DNA of 64,000 nt from an uncultured Nitrospiraceae bacterium. Lineage in GTDB: Bacteria; Nitrospirota; Thermodesulfovibrionia; Thermodesulfovibrionales; Dissulfurispiraceae. The stretch lies in the NCBI GenBank assembly GCA_963705105.1, contig CAVPIW010000006.1:832001-896000 (forward strand), read 5' to 3'. The translations under genes were made by a program, and so were the position numbers. Below the pieces are notes generated by a model. The model was given only the letters and a program-made list of their open reading frames with translations. It had not been told where the DNA came from and did no database searches. Of the stretch, positions 58,987 to 64,000 are shown one piece after another. How positions within the stretch are numbered: the stretch's first letter is position 1; every line of letters starts with the position of its first letter.

Positions 58987-59059
58987 GATAACCTCCTTGT
59001 GGTATGAATGTTTTTTTCTTCCGGCCCGGGGCCGGTTCATCAGCGATTCTGTTTTAAGT

Positions 59060-59893
59060 TTACTTCATGTTTGGACGTTCGTCCTTGACTTGCATCAAGA
59101 AATCGTATTTTTTCTCTTCTTCCATGCCGATACGGTTGAGGACCTCGCCGAACCTCTCGCCGTGGAGACATTTTCCCCTATAAAGATCAATGCATTGCTT
59201 CACGATGCGGACAACATCCTCCGCCGGATGGACGCCTCCGATTTCCCAGCCGAGCTGGGGATGACGGCCGAGCTTTCCGCCGAGCAGTATCCGGAACCCC
59301 CTGGCATCCTCCCTGAGCGTGCCCGTCGGGCAGACGGCGATGCACTGGCCACAGGCGAGACATTTATCGACGTCGATGACCGGCGTCTCGCTCTCGTCGG
59401 GCAGGGTGAGCGCCTCTTCCTTGCATGCCTCGGTGCAGGCCCCGCACATGGTGCAGGGTTCGCCGCTAAGACCGGGAAGGGAGGCGCCGATGATCCCGAT
59501 ATCGGCGATCTGCGGGCGCGAGCAGGCGTTCGGGCAATCGGCGACGGTGATTCGGAACTCGTGGTGCACCTTGAGCGGACCGCCGACGCGCTCTTTAAGG
59601 AAGGCCCTCAGGTTCTCGCCGCCGAGCAGTGTCTCCAGTGATTGAAGGAGTTCTCCGGAATCCGCGGCCCTGTTCGGGCAGCCGCCCGGACCGAAGCAGC
59701 TCTCGATCTGGTAGCCCCTGACTTCGTCGTCCATGCTGTTGAGAAAGCGCTTCTTGCAGATCGTCACATGCTCCAGGCGGACTTCACGGGCGCCGGAGCG
59801 CAGGGCCTCCTCCTCGACGCGCTTCCTCACCCGCTTGCGCACGAAGAACGGCACACGGGAAAGGGCATCCTCGGCGTCAGGAGACCATTTCAT
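59060..59893 (-). CDS. Nitrite/sulfite reductase-like 4Fe-4S protein with N-terminal PCP_red-like domain
   Basis: MKWS..AE..LSRVPFFVRKRVR, CPNACS, two CxxCxxCxxxC motifs, GGKLGRHP, GERF. Confidence 0.82.
   Translation of the reverse strand: MKWSPDAEDALSRVPFFVRKRVRKRVEEEALRSGAREVRLEHVTICKKRFLNSMDDEVRGYQIESCFGPGGCPNRAADSGELLQSLETLLGGENLRAFLKERVGGPLKVHHEFRITVADCPNACSRPQIADIGIIGASLPGLSGEPCTMCGACTEACKEEALTLPDESETPVIDVDKCLACGQCIAVCPTGTLREDARGFRILLGGKLGRHPQLGWEIGGVHPAEDVVRIVKQCIDLYRGKCLHGERFGEVLNRIGMEEEKKYDFLMQVKDERPNMK
59085..59098. promoter_or_regulatory. FNR/HcpR-type operator upstream of hcp
   Basis: TTGAC-TTGC-ATCAA about 100 nt before the hcp start. Confidence 0.65.
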
Positions 59894-59957
59894 TGCATCA
59901 TCCTCCCGTTTTCTTGTCCATGCTGTCAATTGTACGGAGTTGTGATCCGAAACGGCA

Positions 59958-59971
59958 TTGACCTAAGTCAA
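59958..59971. promoter_or_regulatory. FNR/HcpR-type operator
   Basis: Perfect palindromic half-sites TTGAC-CTAA-GTCAA, 65 nt upstream of the 59893 start. Confidence 0.7.
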
Positions 59972-59983
59972 CCATGAAAAGAT

Positions 59984-60255
59984 GGTGTCAGTGACAGTGG
60001 AAGTGTGAGTGAGAGGAACAGGTCAACCATGAAGGGAAAGTGTCTGTGCTGTGACAGTAGACCCTATCGTTGCATGCGCCCTCTGGAAAGGCGGGGCGAA
60101 GGCGCCGAAAAGCCTCGGTGCTGCGAAACCTTTGCCTTCCCCTGAAGACTATTTCAGGCTGACGGTTAAAGAAGTGAACCTTATACTGACACTCACACTG
60201 TCACTGACACTTTTTCCAGAGCGCTTTGTCCAGCCTTTCCATGTGACTGCGGGGT
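59984..60255 (+). repeat. Hexamer array plus chimeric family 1 element (LC left arm, hexamer right arm)
   Basis: CCCTATCGTTGCA at 60062, LC module, then CACTGACACTTTTTCCAGAGCGCTT. Confidence 0.82.
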
Positions 60256-60313
60256 AAATGCCGAATATCTGCCGTGAAATGCCTCATCATGAACAAAACG
60301 CGTCGGGTTACGC

Positions 60314-60349
60314 TTGACAGTCCGCCCATTATTCCTTACTATAAAGTAA
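60314..60349 (+). promoter_or_regulatory. Sigma70 promoter with overlapping palindromic operator
   Basis: TTGACA-17 nt-TACTAT; CTTAC-TATAAA-GTAAG overlaps the -10. Confidence 0.6.
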
Positions 60350-60376
60350 GATAAAAAGATATTTGAAAGGAATAAT

Positions 60377-60628
60377 ATGGCGACCGCATTGATCACATCG
60401 AAGGGACAGACGACGATCCCAAAGAAGGTCAGAGAGTACCTCAAGCTTCAACCTGGCGACAAGGTGGACTTCGTGATCAAAGACGACGGTACCGTCGTTA
60501 TGTCTCCCGCAACTCTTGATATAAGAGAGATTGAGGGCATTCTCCACCGGCCCTATATGGAGGCCGTCTCGACGGAGGACATGAAAACAGCTATCAAAAA
60601 GCGCTTCCGGGGCATGAAGACCAGATGA
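60377..60628 (+). CDS. AbrB/MazE-type antitoxin
   Basis: ITSKGQTTIPKKVRE.L.L.PGD. Confidence 0.9.
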   Translation: MATALITSKGQTTIPKKVREYLKLQPGDKVDFVIKDDGTVVMSPATLDIREIEGILHRPYMEAVSTEDMKTAIKKRFRGMKTR

Positions 60629-61020
60629 AGGGTCTCGACACAAACCTTCTGGTGCGCTATCTCGTGAAGGATGACAGGAGACAGGCTGAGAGGGCTTCAC
60701 GATTCATGTCGGAAATGGCGGAATCCGGGACAAACTGTTTCATCAACCAGATCGTTCTGTGCGAACTCGTATGGGTATTGGAGTCTGCTTACGGGTACCC
60801 GAAAAAGGAAATCGCCGACGTGCTCGACAAGATCATGGCGATCCGACAGTTCGTCATAGAGTCGAAAGACCTGGTGAGGCAGGCGATATCCGACTACCGG
60901 GAGGGCAAAGCCGATCTTGCAGACTACCTTGTGGGAAGAACCAACCATGCACAGGGATGCGACAGGACTTTCACCTTTGACCGCGCATTGAAAGGACAAC
61001 CCCTTCTTCTCTGTCCTTGA
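60625..61020 (+). CDS. vapC: VapC-like PIN toxin
   Basis: GLDTNLLVRYL, ELVWVL, ADYL, TFD. Confidence 0.88.
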   Translation: MKGLDTNLLVRYLVKDDRRQAERASRFMSEMAESGTNCFINQIVLCELVWVLESAYGYPKKEIADVLDKIMAIRQFVIESKDLVRQAISDYREGKADLADYLVGRTNHAQGCDRTFTFDRALKGQPLLLCP

Positions 61021-61196
61021 GTGACGGAAAGAGGTTGTGCTATGCCCCGTGGCTTTAGCCTTAGATTAGCCCATCTTCTCCAGGTGGTCCCGAAAATCTC
61101 CCAACATATACGATGGGGTTGAGCTATCATCTCGCGATGAAGACTTCCAGCTCTAATCTTATGGGGATAGGATGGCAACAACATCAGGTTGCACCT

Positions 61197-61460
61197 TTAT
61201 CTGTATGCCTCGCGCCTGTGGCGGATGATGGACACATCAATGGTTTGGTTCTTGTCGTCGATCTGGTAAATAACGCGGTACTCTCCAACACGGATACGCC
61301 ACAATGATGCTGTACCGACAAGCTGTTTGCTGCCCGGCGGGCGAGGCTCTGAAGCGAGTCCTTCGATCTTGTCGAGGATTCGTACGGCGACGTTGGTGGA
61401 AAGGGCTTGCAATTCCTTCCTTGCGGACCGAGCGAAGGTGACCGTATAAGGTGGTGTCAA
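61197..61460 (-). CDS. relE: RelE/ParE family toxin
   Basis: SARKEL, PRPPG, WRIRVGEYRVIY, HRREAYR. Confidence 0.9.
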   Translation of the reverse strand: MTPPYTVTFARSARKELQALSTNVAVRILDKIEGLASEPRPPGSKQLVGTASLWRIRVGEYRVIYQIDDKNQTIDVSIIRHRREAYR

Positions 61461-61636
61461 GACTTTTGCAAGACCTTCTTTCGGACGTCGGATAGTGATT
61501 CTCGGGGTTCCTTGCGTCTTTTGATGGCCTTAAGAGTGTCGTAGAAATCTTCCCATAAATCTTTGTGGATGCGTAGATCAATGAGGACCGCTTTCTTTAC
61601 ACCCTTTTCGTCAAAAAGAAACTCAACGCCTTTCAT
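61457..61636 (-). CDS. Probable antitoxin (59 aa)
   Basis: MKGVEFLFDEKGVKKAVLIDL...WEDFYD; GAGG RBS; overlaps the relE start. Confidence 0.72.
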   Translation of the reverse strand: MKGVEFLFDEKGVKKAVLIDLRIHKDLWEDFYDTLKAIKRRKEPRESLSDVRKKVLQKS

Positions 61637-61993
61637 CCTCTTCCTCCCGGCGCGGAAATCCCGTCCTTGAGGGCGGGGTATGTGACCAATCGTTGTTCTT
61701 CCGGCTTTGGTGCAATATTTCGTTATATTACCATGACATGATCTCTTCAGAGAAGAACACAACGGACACGGGGCGCGAATCAATACTCCGCTGCACTCAG
61801 GCAAAACTTCGCACGGTCGGGGTTTCAACGAGCCGCGTGACTGCAGCCAGGGAACATGGAGGTCCATCCTGTCAACACAGTGAACTCGGCGGCTGACGAG
61901 ATCATGCCGCTGTATTGCACAGCGCTTTAGGAGCCCGCTTTGGAGGCGCGGAAACGCCCCAAGACGGGCCCCTGGAGACAGGCTCTGCGACGC

Positions 61994-62800
61994 TTATTGA
62001 GTCGACGGCGCAACTGTGAACTGATAGGTCACGTCGACCAAAAAAATCGGGGAGCCGCCGTCAGCAATGTCTTGCGGGCTCTGGTTGAAGTGGCAGAGCC
62101 CGCCCGTAAACTTGATGATGTGTTTACCCTTCTCCAGTGGCGGTATCGCGACATAATAGCCATCGTCGATGGTCTCCGGGTCGTTGGCCTGGAGCACCGG
62201 ACCGTCCGGATACGTTAGCGGAAACACCGGAGATTGCGTCCGCACGATGGGATAACCTATGCTCTGAACGGGAACGCCGTCCACGGTTGCGTTTAATTGG
62301 CAGGCATAACTCGGCGTGTTCCCGAACAAGTTGCCGGGGATCTGATCACTGAAGAAGCCGTTCGCATTCTCGCGCTTTTGCGCGACCGTGCAATTGAAGT
62401 CGGGAGCGGGACAGCTACCGTCCGGATTCCAGAAACCGTAGTTCACGAGTGGGAAGAACAGAATCGTTCCCTGCGGGATACTGTGGAGACAAGTCCTCGA
62501 GGATGGGCCGGCAGTTATGGATCCCGCCAGAAACCATACGTTTCCCATCTGTCCCGCCGAGCAGTCAACCTTAACCTTGCCATTTCCGAACTGGACAAAC
62601 TCAGTGTCGAATGCCCACTGCCACCATTTTGCCGCCCACTCTCCGTACGTCTTGCCTGCCACCTTCGCGATGCTTACATTAAGGTCGTAATTGTCAGCTA
62701 ACGCATTTGATATCGGCGTTACCACGAGCACCAAGAGCAAGACAGCTATTGACATGGCTTGCGGCGCGTGAGCCTTTTTAGTCACTGATCTACTAAACAT
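61994..62800 (-). CDS. Secreted Cys-containing hypothetical protein
   Basis: AGGAGGT RBS; signal peptide ending ALA; EWAAKWWQWA, VWFLAGS, DDGYY. Confidence 0.8.
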   Translation of the reverse strand: MFSRSVTKKAHAPQAMSIAVLLLVLVVTPISNALADNYDLNVSIAKVAGKTYGEWAAKWWQWAFDTEFVQFGNGKVKVDCSAGQMGNVWFLAGSITAGPSSRTCLHSIPQGTILFFPLVNYGFWNPDGSCPAPDFNCTVAQKRENANGFFSDQIPGNLFGNTPSYACQLNATVDGVPVQSIGYPIVRTQSPVFPLTYPDGPVLQANDPETIDDGYYVAIPPLEKGKHIIKFTGGLCHFNQSPQDIADGGSPIFLVDVTYQFTVAPSTQ

Positions 62801-63002
62801 TTCTTACCTCCTGAGTTCAGTTTAATCAATGAGCAACTTGTTGTTGAACATAAAGACGTCATTCACTGACTCCATACATCAACTCCTCATCCAATGTGAT
62901 CCTTCATGATCCTCCTACTTCATAGGCGCTGCCTCCTTCCCTCCGCATCAACGGTTGGCCGTCGATGAGAAAGGCTGAACATCCCCACATTATAGACAGA
63001 TT

Positions 63003-63082
63003 TCCTTCGGCAGCCCGGCCGTCTCCTGCGAGACCCGTCGCTTTCCGTCCCACCCTTGCGGATGGTTTGGCTTTATCGTGTA
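63003..63082 (-). ncRNA. Cyclic di-GMP-I (GEMM-I) riboswitch
   Basis: Minus strand CGATAAAGCCAAACCATCCGCAAGGGTGGGACGGAAAGCGACGGGTCTCGCAGGAGACGGCCGGGCTGCCGAA: AAACC, GNRA-capped P2, GGGACGGAAAG, P3, GCCG. Confidence 0.85.
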
Positions 63083-63253
63083 TTCCTATCTGTTAAATAC
63101 CAGAGAATCGGAGAAAAGTTAGTCGGGGGAATCATGTATTTTTGTACAGCTTTGTCTGTAGAGGCTTTTTTGTAGACGGCAGGCAGGGAAGATAAAAGTC
63201 CTTGTGGGGAATAGGGATTCTTTGTCGTGCTGCTGCTGCAGGCGGGTACGCCG

Positions 63254-64000
63254 TTAGGGCGCAAGTCCCGCGGCCAAGGCGAATCTCACGAGGTCGGCAA
63301 GGCGGTGGATGTCGAGTTTCTGCATCATCCTGCTGCGGTGGGTCTCAACGGTCTTTTCGCTGATCCGCAGCTTCTCAGCGATCGCACGGTTGGTATCCCC
63401 GCAGGCGATCAGCCCGAGGATCTCCCGCTCTCGCCGGGTGATCCTCTTGAGAAGCTTCTCCCTCTGAAGGGCTCCCTCCCTGGTCACTCCGGGGAATGCC
63501 GGTTTGTCCTTGTCCGCCTCCTTCAGGCAGATCGAGACAAGCCTCGTGCCCGCCACCTCTATGGCAGCGGCTCTCACTGAGACGGGCACCCTGCTGCCGC
63601 TTCCGCGCTGCACCTGGAGGTCTCCGGCTGAAAGAATGTCCTTGCTGGCGTGTCCTTCAAGGACGGCACGGGCCCGGTCCCGTCCCTCCGGCGAAAACAG
63701 CTCGGTGAAATGTCTTCCCACAACCTCGCTGTTCGCCAGGCCAAGGAGTCTCCCCGCACCTTCGTTCACCTCCACGATGAACCCCGAATCGCAATCCGCG
63801 ATCATCATCGGGGTGTGGGCGGAAGCGAAGACCTTCCGGTACTTGTCCGCTGCCGCCCTGAGGCTCTGTATGCCTTCCTTGATGTTGGTGACGTCAGTGA
63901 TGGCCACGTACACCCTCGACCAGCTTTCTTCAAAGCCGGCAGGAATCGCAACCCGAATGAGAATGTCTTTGTTTTCTCCGCTGAGCGTCCGGTTGGTCGC
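63254..64000 (-). CDS. PAS-domain LuxR family transcriptional regulator (5' end outside window)
   Basis: ITRREREIL..IACG.TN..IA.KL.IS.KTVETHRSRMMQKL; frame stays open to the window edge. Confidence 0.88.
   Translation of the reverse strand, partial: ATNRTLSGENKDILIRVAIPAGFEESWSRVYVAITDVTNIKEGIQSLRAAADKYRKVFASAHTPMMIADCDSGFIVEVNEGAGRLLGLANSEVVGRHFTELFSPEGRDRARAVLEGHASKDILSAGDLQVQRGSGSRVPVSVRAAAIEVAGTRLVSICLKEADKDKPAFPGVTREGALQREKLLKRITRREREILGLIACGDTNRAIAEKLRISEKTVETHRSRMMQKLDIHRLADLVRFALAAGLAP

Noticed and set aside
61637..61867. 136-aa version of the relE antitoxin
   Set aside because: An RBS and a plausible protein start at 61636; the upstream part looks non-coding.
62821..62910. Two tiny RBS-preceded ORFs (MKDHIG, MESVNDVFMFNNKLLID) between the riboswitch and the gene
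   Set aside because: Too short to support; they could be leader peptides or remnants, but there is no evidence either way.
1..64000. Genome-wide TGA reassignment (genetic code 4 or 25)
   Set aside because: Many intact genes end in TGA at their expected C-termini (pdhA, pdhB, vapB, rarA, motA). Read-through is needed only at three catalytic Cys positions, each with a downstream hairpin.

Overview
64 kb of a GC-rich, selenocysteine-using, probably anaerobic Gram-negative bacterium (Desulfobacterota- or Nitrospirota-like; the lineage is inferred). About 55 coding regions cover metabolism, DNA repair, a two-component system, two flagellar stator pairs around a PilZ protein, a hybrid-cluster-protein locus with FNR-type boxes, and four type II toxin-antitoxin pairs. 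There are two apparently identical ISL3 copies and one IS3, each with an intact target-site duplication. Things the ORF track misses: (1) three selenoprotein genes split at in-frame TGA codons, each followed by a SECIS-like hairpin (rhodanese-ferritin, UxxC thioredoxin-TPR, and ArsM next to a B12 radical SAM gene); (2) a four-gene mycothiol-like operon in which an S51 peptidase fused to a CysRS anticodon-binding-like domain plus a FemAB-like GNAT stand where MshC/MshD would be; (3) a dense family of ~200-bp modular palindromic intergenic elements with swappable arms, REP and microsatellite cargo, some supplying N-termini to adjacent genes; (4) a c-di-GMP-I (GEMM) riboswitch and a degenerate relative, both ahead of secreted-protein genes; (5) a metzincin protease with TSP3 repeats, recognisable only after removing the IS3; (6) several apparently leaderless genes. 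No rRNA, tRNA or CRISPR array was seen. All calls come from reading the sequence by eye; no searches were run.
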